The translations under genes were made by a program, and so were the position numbers. A stretch of DNA of 64,000 bases from assembly GCA_013152205.1 (NCBI GenBank), contig JAADGV010000108.1, positions 7,127-71,126 of the forward strand, given 5' to 3'. The notes beneath the pieces were generated by a model. The model saw only the letters and a list, made by a program, of their open reading frames with translations. It was not told the DNA's origin and made no database searches. The DNA comes from Planctomycetota bacterium. Its GTDB lineage: Bacteria > Planctomycetota > Planctomycetia > Pirellulales > Lacipirellulaceae. Positions 49,675-57,995 of this stretch are shown here, piece after piece (within the stretch, counting starts at the first letter, position 1; each line of letters begins with the position of its first letter).

Positions 49675-50370
49675 ATGAGTACAAAATTATTGATCAGCGT
49701 ACGCAGCCCCGACGAAGTAGAAGCAGCTGTTGCCGGGGGGGCCGATTGGATTGATCTCAAGGAGCCAATGGCAGGGCCTTTGGGCCCGGTGTCTGCTGAC
49801 GTTGCTAGGCAGGTTATTAACTGTGTCGGGGGCCGTCTGCCCATTTCAGCTGCCTTAGGGGAACTGCGGCAGTGGGACGATTCTTCCTCACGCGAGTTAT
49901 TAAATTTTTCAGCGATTCATGTGGTAAAGCTAGGGTTGGCTGGGGCTACCCGACTCGGCAATTGGCAGGCAACATGGCGTGCTGCGGCAGAAACGGTTTC
50001 AGAATCCGGCCATGAGTTGGTCGCTGTGGCCTATGCAGACTGGCAACGGGCTGAGTCGCCTTCTCCGGCAGAGGTCATTGCCTGTGCAAATGCCGTAAGA
50101 AGTCATTATTTCTTAATCGACACGTTCGATAAAAAATCAGGTTCGCTATTCACTCACCTAACCATTTTAGAATTGAACGAAATTCTCTGCTTGGCTAGAG
50201 AGGCTTCTCTGACCACGGTTATAGCGGGCAGCCTTGGCTTGGCCGACCTTTCCTCATTGTCATTGGCAAAAGCCGATGTTATTGGCGTACGCGGAAGTGT
50301 TTGCGGCGGAGATCGGAATGCCAAAGTCAACCTGCAACGAGTTGCCGATTTCCGTGCGGCACTGCCTTAG
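49675..50370 (+). CDS. mfnB: (5-formylfuran-3-yl)methyl phosphate synthase-like (DUF556)
   Basis: LLISV, GGADWIDLKEP..GPLG, VKLGL, IDTFDKK, AGSL, GVRGSVC. Confidence 0.88.
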   Translation: MSTKLLISVRSPDEVEAAVAGGADWIDLKEPMAGPLGPVSADVARQVINCVGGRLPISAALGELRQWDDSSSRELLNFSAIHVVKLGLAGATRLGNWQATWRAAAETVSESGHELVAVAYADWQRAESPSPAEVIACANAVRSHYFLIDTFDKKSGSLFTHLTILELNEILCLAREASLTTVIAGSLGLADLSSLSLAKADVIGVRGSVCGGDRNAKVNLQRVADFRAALP

Positions 50371-50494
50371 CCTGCATGTTCTCACCAGGATTTTCTGCCA
50401 AGGCCCCTGAGAGGCAACGCCGCAACCAAAGCGGAGGAAACTGAGCCTTTTTTCGCGGCCTTCTTTTTTCAGTTTGAAAAATGTAGAGCGTATC

Positions 50495-50558
50495 GCTGTT
50501 GTGTGTTTCGGCACTCCGACCCAGAGGGTCGGGCTATCTAGTCCCACCGTCTCGGTGG
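50495..50558 (-). repeat. Inverted copy of the 12089-12150 double-hairpin element
   Basis: About 62 bp with about 4 mismatches, between convergent genes. Confidence 0.88.
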
Positions 50559-50583
50559 GCGGAACAATCAACTGATAAAAGCT

Positions 50584-51135
50584 CTAATTTTGATTGTTTG
50601 ACAGCACGGCATGTTTTTCTAGGTCGGCTGGCTCGAGCGCTGCCAGATACGGAAGATTGCGGTACATGTCTTCGTAGTCGAGGCCGTAGCCGACGACGAA
50701 TTCGTCGGGGATGTTGAACGCGGTGAAGTCGGGTATGTAGTCAACCTCGACGCGGCCTTCTTTCTGTAGTAGCACGGCCGAGCGGATCGAGTTTGGGCCG
50801 AACTCGTGCATCTTTTCGATCACCCGGGTTAGCGTACGACCGGTGTCAAAGATGTCGTCGACCAGCAGTACGTCGCGGCCGGAGATATCGATCATCAGTT
50901 CGGAGTTGATGATTAAGTCGCCCCGCTCGGTGGTTGCGCCGCGATAGCTGCTGGCTTGGATGACTCCGACACGCATCGGCAGTTGGATCAAACGAATCAT
51001 GTCGGCCATCAGCACGACGCTACCAGTCAGCACGCCGACGATCGTAAGTTGGCGACCTTCGTACGCCTGCTCGATCTGCTTGGCCATTTTGGACACGCCC
51101 GCGTGGAGGGCTTCTTTTTCCAGCAAAGTTTTCAT
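50584..51135 (-). CDS. hpt: Hypoxanthine phosphoribosyltransferase
   Basis: GVLTGS, SSYRG, VLLVDDIFDTGRT, FVVGYGLDY..YRNLP. Confidence 0.96.
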   Translation of the reverse strand: MKTLLEKEALHAGVSKMAKQIEQAYEGRQLTIVGVLTGSVVLMADMIRLIQLPMRVGVIQASSYRGATTERGDLIINSELMIDISGRDVLLVDDIFDTGRTLTRVIEKMHEFGPNSIRSAVLLQKEGRVEVDYIPDFTAFNIPDEFVVGYGLDYEDMYRNLPYLAALEPADLEKHAVLSNNQN

Positions 51136-51208
51136 TCGCGGTGAATTCCTAGTTGGCTAGTTTTCAAGCGACAAAAAAATCGCTGACCTCTGTCCTCTTC
51201 CCCCAACA

Positions 51209-52462
51209 TCATAGCAACAATCCAGCTACGCAGGCGGTCATAAATGCGGCTAAAGTTCCACCCAGCATCGCGCGGAATCCAAGTTTCGCCAAGTCGGAGC
51301 GTCGCTCGGGGGCAATGCCACCGATTCCGCCTAGCTGGATGCCGATTGAGCCGAAGTTTGCGAAGCCGCAGAGGGCGTAAGTCATGAGCGTTACGGATCG
51401 CGAGTCGAGAGTCCCTCGCTCGACGGCCTCGGTAAGCTGGTAGTAGGCCAGCACTTCGTTGACCACCATTTTTGTGCCCAGCAAACTGCCGGCTTCTTGG
51501 CACTGCTGCCAAGGGATGCCCATCAGCCAAGCAAACGGCGCAAACAACATGCCGAACAGTTTGTTGAGCGTCCAGGCAGCTTCTCCCTCGTAGCCGAGGA
51601 GCGTGCCCAACCAGCCAAAGCCTAAGTCGATCATTGCCACCAAGGCAACAAAGGCGATTAGCATGGCTGCGACGTTGATTGCCAATTGCATGCCGGTCGA
51701 CGCCCCCTCGGCAGCGGCTTCGATTACATTTTCGCATTTCGATTCGTCGGCGATTTTTACGTGCCCGATGGTTTGCGAATGTTCGGTCTCTGGCTGCATT
51801 ACCTTGGCGATGAGCAAGGCTGCTGGGGCAGAGATTACTGAAGCGGTGATCAGATGGCCCGGATCGATACCGACCCGAATGAAAATCGCCAGTACCCCGC
51901 CGGCAATCGTGGCAAAGCCGCCGACCATCACGACGTTTAGCTCCGAGAGAGTCATCCTGGCAACATAAGGTCGCACCACAAGCGGTGCCTCGGTTTGCCC
52001 GACAAAGATGTTGGCCGCAGCCGACAAGGTTTCGGCGCCTGAGGTGCCTAGCGTCTTTTGCATGATGAAGGCAAAGAAGCTGACGATTCGTTGCATGATG
52101 CCGAGGTGATACAAGATTCCCATCAGTGAGGAGAATAAGATAATGGTCGGCAGAACGCCAAACGCGAAGCATCGCCAAAGCGTGTATTGCGGGGGGAGCA
52201 GTTCGTCGCCAGGGTGAGGGTAAATGTCAAACATAAATGCAGTGCCGACATCGGTGCAGTTGATCACCGCTTGAAAAAACGCGCCCAAGGTTGCGAACAA
52301 CATTTGCCCTGGCGAGGTCTTGAGAATCAGCAAGGCAAAAGCGATTTGCAGGCCCAGCCCGCCCAACACAATCCGCCAGGGGAACTGGCGTTTGTGCGAG
52401 CTCATGAGCCAAGCGAGGGCGATGAAGACGACAAGCCCGAGCAAGCAGATCATTCGTTCCAT
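51209..52462 (-). CDS. Concentrative nucleoside transporter (CNT/NupC family)
   Basis: FAFGVLPTIILFSS, ANIFVGQTEAPL, GGFATIAGG, LCGFANFGSIGIQLGG. Confidence 0.95.
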   Translation of the reverse strand: MERMICLLGLVVFIALAWLMSSHKRQFPWRIVLGGLGLQIAFALLILKTSPGQMLFATLGAFFQAVINCTDVGTAFMFDIYPHPGDELLPPQYTLWRCFAFGVLPTIILFSSLMGILYHLGIMQRIVSFFAFIMQKTLGTSGAETLSAAANIFVGQTEAPLVVRPYVARMTLSELNVVMVGGFATIAGGVLAIFIRVGIDPGHLITASVISAPAALLIAKVMQPETEHSQTIGHVKIADESKCENVIEAAAEGASTGMQLAINVAAMLIAFVALVAMIDLGFGWLGTLLGYEGEAAWTLNKLFGMLFAPFAWLMGIPWQQCQEAGSLLGTKMVVNEVLAYYQLTEAVERGTLDSRSVTLMTYALCGFANFGSIGIQLGGIGGIAPERRSDLAKLGFRAMLGGTLAAFMTACVAGLLL

Positions 52463-52499
52463 AACTGTTCCGCTCGTAACTTAGGCTTCAGTTGTTGAT

Positions 52500-52586
52500 T
52501 CACCACGACGGACACAACGTAATTGCGGAAGGATCATTCGGTCTCCAATTGTTTTTTGCTCCGTGTTCTCCGTGCCTCTGTGGTGA
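52500..52586. repeat. Partly decayed ACCACGG-type IR element
   Basis: Right arm ctccgtgttctccgtgcctctgtggtga; left remnant tcaccacgacggacac. Confidence 0.65.
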
Positions 52587-52618
52587 TTAGTCCTGCAACT
52601 ACAGGTAAGGTGCCAAAA

Positions 52619-53467
52619 TTACCCTTGGATAAGGCAATGGTCGAGCATTGCTTCGGGGGTGCAGACGTAGCTGATTAGGAAGGGGCCGAACTCGGCGTAG
52701 CGTGCGCTGGCTTCGTCGAATCGCATGCGATAGACGATGTCTTTGAGATACTCAGGGTTGGCCGCCCAAAGGGTGACGCCCCATTCCCAGTCGTCGAATC
52801 CCAGGCCGACCGAAATGAGTTGGCTGACTTTGCCGGCAAACGCCATCCCGCTGCGAGCATGTTCGCTCATTAGGGCGTTCCGCTCGTCTTTGGTGAGAGT
52901 GAACCAGTTTTCGCCGACCTTGCGTTTCTTGTTCATCGGATAGAAGCAAGTGCTTGGCCATTCTGAAAAATCGGGGGTCAACCGTTGACGGTTCATACTT
53001 ACCAAACGGTTTTCGTAAGACTTTATTTTTGTGGCGTAGGTGGGGCTGTCCTCTTGTTCGCCTTCGGCGATCAATCGCTTGCCAAAGTCTTCGACCGAGG
53101 GAACATACTCGCTAATCTCGGTCATCGAGACAAACGAGTAGCCAGGCACGAGGGCAGGGCCCAAGCCACTTGCCATGAGGCGTTGGTGGACGCTATCGAC
53201 CTTGAGCGGGTTGGGATCCATCAGCATCAGACCAAAATCTGCCTTATGGCCACTGACAACCGAGGTTTGTAGACGCAGGGGGCTGCCTTCGGTGGCAGAA
53301 TCAAGAGCCTCGATCACGCCGGTTCGGCCAGCGGCAATTTGCTCGGTAGACATTTGTGCGAGCGCGGCACGATTCCAGGAATAGTACAGATGGCTGCAAT
53401 GCCAACCGCCCTCGGCGGGGGTGAGCGAGACTTCGGCGGGCGCGGCAGTATGGGCGGGACGATTCAT
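52619..53467 (-). CDS. chdC: Coproheme decarboxylase (HemQ/ChdC, chlorite dismutase superfamily)
   Basis: GWH..H, GHKADF, YPMNKKR, proximal EHARSG, distal Q, DDWEWGVT, SARYAEFGPF. Confidence 0.82.
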   Translation of the reverse strand: MNRPAHTAAPAEVSLTPAEGGWHCSHLYYSWNRAALAQMSTEQIAAGRTGVIEALDSATEGSPLRLQTSVVSGHKADFGLMLMDPNPLKVDSVHQRLMASGLGPALVPGYSFVSMTEISEYVPSVEDFGKRLIAEGEQEDSPTYATKIKSYENRLVSMNRQRLTPDFSEWPSTCFYPMNKKRKVGENWFTLTKDERNALMSEHARSGMAFAGKVSQLISVGLGFDDWEWGVTLWAANPEYLKDIVYRMRFDEASARYAEFGPFLISYVCTPEAMLDHCLIQG

Positions 53468-53567
53468 AGGATTGGCTTAACAGATGGATCAGGCGGTGGA
53501 ATAGTGAAAAATCTGTTGGCATCCTAGCAAATCCTCGCTGGTGGTCGTAGGGGCCTAGTAATCCTAA

Positions 53568-54194
53568 TTACAAATGTTCCTCTTCTACTGCCTTTTGGGC
53601 GTCATTCCATTTCAATAGGAATGCCTTCTGTACGCTTGGGTCGAGCTGATCGGCAAACTCATTGGGAAGTTTTAATGTTTGTATGAGCCGTTGAACGTCG
53701 GTAAGGTCGCCTGATCGATGGGATGCCTGCCCCGAAGCTAGTTTCAATTCGATGATCGGCTTCAGGTCTAAAATGTGAATTCCCTCGGCTTCGACTGCAA
53801 CTTTCGCGGGGTCGGGGAACACAATTGGCCCAGGCTTGCCGTCGCCGGGGTATCCGCCGGCGACGAGGAAGTCGATTCTTACGCCCGTCACCGTGTCGCG
53901 CAGGTTTTTGCTTTTCTCAAACGGCTTGACATATCCGCGGCCCTCTAGCTCCGCGTGAATTTTCGCCAAGCCTTCTGCCGTGACCAGGATATCAACATCC
54001 TCGGTAAATCGCCGATAGCCGTGAAAGAACAGGGCCATGCCGCCGGCAATGGCGTAGTCGATGTTGAGTTCTTCCAGCCGCTCGACAATTCGCCGGAGAG
54101 TTTTGTGAACGGCGCTCTCGCCCTCGAAGTGCATACTTCCCTCTTGTAGGGCCCAATTGAGATCGTTATTCAGAAGTGTTTCGTAGATACTCAT
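53568..54194 (-). CDS. Stand-alone nucleotidyltransferase-fold protein
   Basis: YAIAGGMAL..HG..RFTEDVDILV; LKL...R..DL.DV. Confidence 0.75.
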   Translation of the reverse strand: MSIYETLLNNDLNWALQEGSMHFEGESAVHKTLRRIVERLEELNIDYAIAGGMALFFHGYRRFTEDVDILVTAEGLAKIHAELEGRGYVKPFEKSKNLRDTVTGVRIDFLVAGGYPGDGKPGPIVFPDPAKVAVEAEGIHILDLKPIIELKLASGQASHRSGDLTDVQRLIQTLKLPNEFADQLDPSVQKAFLLKWNDAQKAVEEEHL

Positions 54195-54267
54195 GTTGTT
54201 TGGTGACTATTCTACACTCTGATTCAGATGCGCAGGCTAAAAAAAATCTTGGCTTTTGTGTCGCTGC

Positions 54268-54756
54268 TTAGTTTCCCAAGATTTCCGCTACGGTTGCGTT
54301 GAAATCCTCAGCCAGTCGGCCCAGTACTTCGTGCGTTAGCGTGGCGGGGACTCGTTGTCGGGAAGTGCCGGCCTGCTTTTCGTATCGGCAGAGAGAGACC
54401 GAGCCGCCGCGACGCAATAAGAGTTCGTAGTAGAATCTGCCCGTGTCGTTCTTTTGAGGCGGACTGCTTCGCATTTGGACCACGCATCCATCGGCATCGG
54501 TTTCGATGGGCGAGATTGGCTCTAGTAGGTAGTTTACACGTTGGCACAACGACTGGCTGGCCGATTGGAGTTTCGCGATGTCGACCGACGCCAGTTCGCT
54601 TGTTTCCAGTGCAAGCTGTGTAATGGCAACGGCCAAGGGATCGCATTGCTGGATTTGGCATTTTAGTATGCGCGGCCCGTCGGCAACGACGACCTTGCAG
54701 TTCGTCTGCCCGAGGTTCGCTTGTAGCTCTTGTAGAAAGTCGTTTCGGAGTTTCAT
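54268..54756 (-). CDS. Hypothetical protein translationally coupled to spoVR
   Basis: ATGA overlap with the spoVR stop; 162 aa. Confidence 0.75.
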   Translation of the reverse strand: MKLRNDFLQELQANLGQTNCKVVVADGPRILKCQIQQCDPLAVAITQLALETSELASVDIAKLQSASQSLCQRVNYLLEPISPIETDADGCVVQMRSSPPQKNDTGRFYYELLLRRGGSVSLCRYEKQAGTSRQRVPATLTHEVLGRLAEDFNATVAEILGN

Positions 54757-56297
54757 GCTGCGTCCTCCGAGTCGTCGCCGAGGTCAGTTGGCTCGCCACA
54801 AATCAAGGAGTGTTCCGAACCGTCAAACGAAGCGATGGCCTTGGAGTCTTCTAAGACGGTTTCGATGTGTACTGGCCGATTCCAAAGTCGGTAAAGATTT
54901 TCGAGTGTGTCTTTCGCATTCTCAAGCTGTAGCTCGACGCCGGAGTAGTCGTGCTCGAGGTAAAGCTCGCCGCGGTTTTTGTAATTGCCATCGACCACGG
55001 CGATGATCGGTCGGCCTCGATTGGTTAGGCTTTCGAGCAACTGCTGCTTAACCAGTGGGAATTCGCGGCTTTCGATTTCATAGGCGTCGCTTCCAGGGTT
55101 GTAGCCGAAACGGAAAAAATTGTGTTCTCGTACAAAATCAAGCGTCAAAAATTCGTCGATAAAGGTTAGGTCGTTGTGAATTCGACGTACCTCGAAGATC
55201 TTTTCTCGGCCAAGGCCAGCGCCGGTGTTCCACTTACGTCGTGTTTCGTGGTCGTCGCATTCGTCGTACTCACGCCCAAAAGCGCCTCGATTCCAACGGT
55301 CTTCGATGTTGCGGAATAGCTCGATGCCGACCTTGTAGGGATTGAGTTGGGTCGGCGAACTGGCCATGGTGCCACTGTGATGATCGCAGTAGTTGATCAC
55401 GTCGGCCGAGGTAAGCCCCTGGCGGATCATGATGGTCGAGTGCCAATAGCTGGCCCATCCTTCGTTCATGATCTTGGTTTGGGCCTGAGGGGCAAAGTAA
55501 TAGGCCTCGTCGCGAATGATTGACAGGACATCCGCCTGCCAAGCGTTGAGCGGGGCGTGCTGCAGTAAAAACAGCATGACATCCCGCTCTGGACTCTCGG
55601 GTAATCTTCTCGCAGGCAATTCTTCCTCGCTTGGTTCGTCGTCGGGGTCGATCTGCTTAGGCGGATTGATGAACGGATCGAGGTAGTTTTTGGCTTTGAA
55701 CCGTTGCGGCTCTTTTTTTTGGCTCTCGTCTTCTGGCGGAGTGAAATCGTAGCGATCTTTGGTTTTCTGCCGTTGGATAAAGGGCGAATGGATATCGATC
55801 AGGTCTTCGATGCTAAGGCAGGCGTCGATGAAGTTTTCTACTTCTTCGACGCCAACCTTCTCCATGATACGGCGAATTCGTGTGCCGTGATTTGCCACAT
55901 CGTCCATCATCTTGCGGTTGGTTTTGGCAAACCACTGGTTGTTTTTGAAAAAATCGCAGTGGCCGTAAACATGAGCCATCACGAGCTTCTGGTCGATGAG
56001 TCCATTGCAACGCATCAGGTAGGCATAGCACGGGTCGTTGTTAATGACCATTTCATAGATTTTTTGCAGCCCGTAATTGTACCCTTTGCTGAGTTGTTCG
56101 TACTCCATGCCGAACCGCCAGTGAGGGTAGCGCGTGGGAAATCCACCACGCGCGGCAATGGCGTTCAACTGATCGGCATCGATTAACTCAAAAATCGTCG
56201 GGAAGAAATCAAGACCGTGGCCGCGGGCGTACTCTTCGATCTCTACCTGAATGGCAGCTAATTCTGGTGTCAAGTTTCCTAATTGATCCAAGGCCAT
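54753..56297 (-). CDS. spoVR: SpoVR family protein
   Basis: GFPTRYPHWRFG, KIYEMVINNDP, AHVYGHCDFF, TKIMNEGWASYWH, NPYKVG. Confidence 0.95.
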   Translation of the reverse strand: MALDQLGNLTPELAAIQVEIEEYARGHGLDFFPTIFELIDADQLNAIAARGGFPTRYPHWRFGMEYEQLSKGYNYGLQKIYEMVINNDPCYAYLMRCNGLIDQKLVMAHVYGHCDFFKNNQWFAKTNRKMMDDVANHGTRIRRIMEKVGVEEVENFIDACLSIEDLIDIHSPFIQRQKTKDRYDFTPPEDESQKKEPQRFKAKNYLDPFINPPKQIDPDDEPSEEELPARRLPESPERDVMLFLLQHAPLNAWQADVLSIIRDEAYYFAPQAQTKIMNEGWASYWHSTIMIRQGLTSADVINYCDHHSGTMASSPTQLNPYKVGIELFRNIEDRWNRGAFGREYDECDDHETRRKWNTGAGLGREKIFEVRRIHNDLTFIDEFLTLDFVREHNFFRFGYNPGSDAYEIESREFPLVKQQLLESLTNRGRPIIAVVDGNYKNRGELYLEHDYSGVELQLENAKDTLENLYRLWNRPVHIETVLEDSKAIASFDGSEHSLICGEPTDLGDDSEDAA

Positions 56298-56393
56298 CGT
56301 GCTGTTCTCATTCGAGAGAGATGAAAAAATTCAACTTTTGAAGCATTTCAGCTAAGTGAAGCAAAGTCGTTTTGCAGAGGGAAATACAGAGCC

Positions 56394-56589
56394 TCACGCA
56401 GAGACGCGTAGGAAATTAACTATCAAAAAAACTCTGCTGTCTCAGCGTCTCTGCGTGATACCTTTCACTTGTTTGCTTCAAGTGGCGGAGCCGTTACCAA
56501 TTTCATTATCTCCTATTGGGTGGGCTTGTTTGTGATTTGATCGTATTCTTTGCGCCTTTGCGAGAAAATCCTACCTGTTTGGTTGCGGC
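56394..56589. repeat. Composite IR element inside the prkA-spoVR gene run
   Basis: Inner arms 56394-56407 and 56432-56458 (14-bp perfect core); 56552-56589 is the reverse complement of 20197-20234 (35/38). Confidence 0.85.
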
Positions 56590-56603
56590 GGTGCCGTGCA
56601 GGG

Positions 56604-56795
56604 TTAAGCCGCGTCTTGGACCTCGAATCGTGTTGAGGCGAGGCTGCTTATGACGTCGTAAAATCGAGGCATCTCGGTTGCTAACTGCCGTCGGGCATTT
56701 TCGATCGCTTCTGCTGCCGTTCGTGCAAGTACGGTAACTTCGGTATGCCCTAATTTCACGCGATAGGTATTTTTCTTAGGTTCTTGGTTGTCCAT
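56604..56795 (-). CDS. Small hypothetical protein (63 aa)
   Basis: GAGGA RBS-like sequence; 35 bp downstream of the DUF444 gene; normal composition. Confidence 0.65.
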   Translation of the reverse strand: MDNQEPKKNTYRVKLGHTEVTVLARTAAEAIENARRQLATEMPRFYDVISSLASTRFEVQDAA

Positions 56796-56830
56796 CAGTG
56801 AGTCCTCATGGGTAAGTCAGGCTTTGTAGG

Positions 56831-57940
56831 CTACTTTCCCTTGCCTAAAAAAGTTCGGATCGAATCGTAGATGCCTTCCTTGTCTGGTATTTCCGACAGA
56901 ATAAGTGTGTCGTGTTCCGAATATTGTTTTCGTAGGGCCTCGATAAAATCCCCGCTACCATAGGGGCTTTCGACTTGTCCGTAGCAAAAAAGGTTGGTTG
57001 CCGGGAGTAGTTTTTCGCTCAGTAGGTCGAATGCTTGTTGGTTGTCGTCGCCCCAGTTGTCGCCATCCGAAAACTGGAAGCAGTAAATGTTCCAATCGTC
57101 GACGGGAAAGGACTCGCTAATCAGTTTAGCGCAGACCTTATAGGCGGAGCTGATGCGTGTGCCGCCGCTTTCGCGTGTATGATAAAACGTGTGTTCGTCA
57201 ACTTCTTTCGCCATGGCGTCGTGAATGATGTAGCGAGTTTCTAGCCCTTGGTATTGGCTCGCTAGCCAGGTGTCGATCCAAAACGCCTCGGTGCGGACGA
57301 TTTCTTTTTGGTCGTCGGTCATCGACCCAGAGACGTCCATCACGTAAATCACAACCGCATTCACTTGCGGCTTGGGGACATCGTTCCACGAGCGATATTG
57401 CTTGTCGCTTTTTATCGGGACGATATAAGGATCGTCTGGCTGATAGGTGTTGGTTGAAATCTGACGACGCAGCGCATTCAGATAGGTCCGCTTGAAATGC
57501 CGTAGCGATTCGGGGCCTGTCTGCCGGATGCTGTTGTACTTCGCCTTTTCGGCGGTAATGTTCGCGGTTCCTTTTGGTTCGATGCGAGGTAGTTCCAACT
57601 CGTTGCCCAGCATTTTCGCCAACTCTTCGAGAGTAACTTCCACTTCCATTAAGTGGCCAGAGCCTGGTTCGCTGCCTGCTCCGCCCGAGCCGCCTGGGTC
57701 GTCGCCCGGTTTGCCGATGGGTTGGCCCACCTCGCCCTCGCCTTGCCCGACACCGCCAGAACCATTTTTTCCGAATCGAAAACGAGGGATATCCAACTGG
57801 GGGACAGGGATGCTGACTGCGTCTTTTCCTCGTCGGCCAATCATTTCGCCATGCGTGATGTACTTGCGCAGATTCTCGCGAATCCGCCCGCGCACAATCT
57901 GCTTGAAGCGACGTTGGTCGCGTTCGATATTCAAGAACAT
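56831..57940 (-). CDS. DUF444 / YeaH-YhbH family protein
   Basis: [18 protein letters not shown]-like [21 protein letters not shown]. Confidence 0.93.
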   Translation of the reverse strand: MFLNIERDQRRFKQIVRGRIRENLRKYITHGEMIGRRGKDAVSIPVPQLDIPRFRFGKNGSGGVGQGEGEVGQPIGKPGDDPGGSGGAGSEPGSGHLMEVEVTLEELAKMLGNELELPRIEPKGTANITAEKAKYNSIRQTGPESLRHFKRTYLNALRRQISTNTYQPDDPYIVPIKSDKQYRSWNDVPKPQVNAVVIYVMDVSGSMTDDQKEIVRTEAFWIDTWLASQYQGLETRYIIHDAMAKEVDEHTFYHTRESGGTRISSAYKVCAKLISESFPVDDWNIYCFQFSDGDNWGDDNQQAFDLLSEKLLPATNLFCYGQVESPYGSGDFIEALRKQYSEHDTLILSEIPDKEGIYDSIRTFLGKGK

Positions 57941-57995
57941 AAAATCGCTCCGGAAGAAAAGATTCTCCGCGATGGTTTACCTAAGTGTTGATTCT

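Noticed and set aside
51132-52178. 348-aa ORF overlapping the CNT gene
   Set aside because: It is an alternate-frame shadow of a well-supported transporter, with Arg/Cys-biased composition.
10167-56589. CRISPR array or integron attC interpretation of the repeats
   Set aside because: There are no regularly spaced direct repeats with unique spacers, no cas or intI gene, and no GTTRRRY/RYYYAAC ends.
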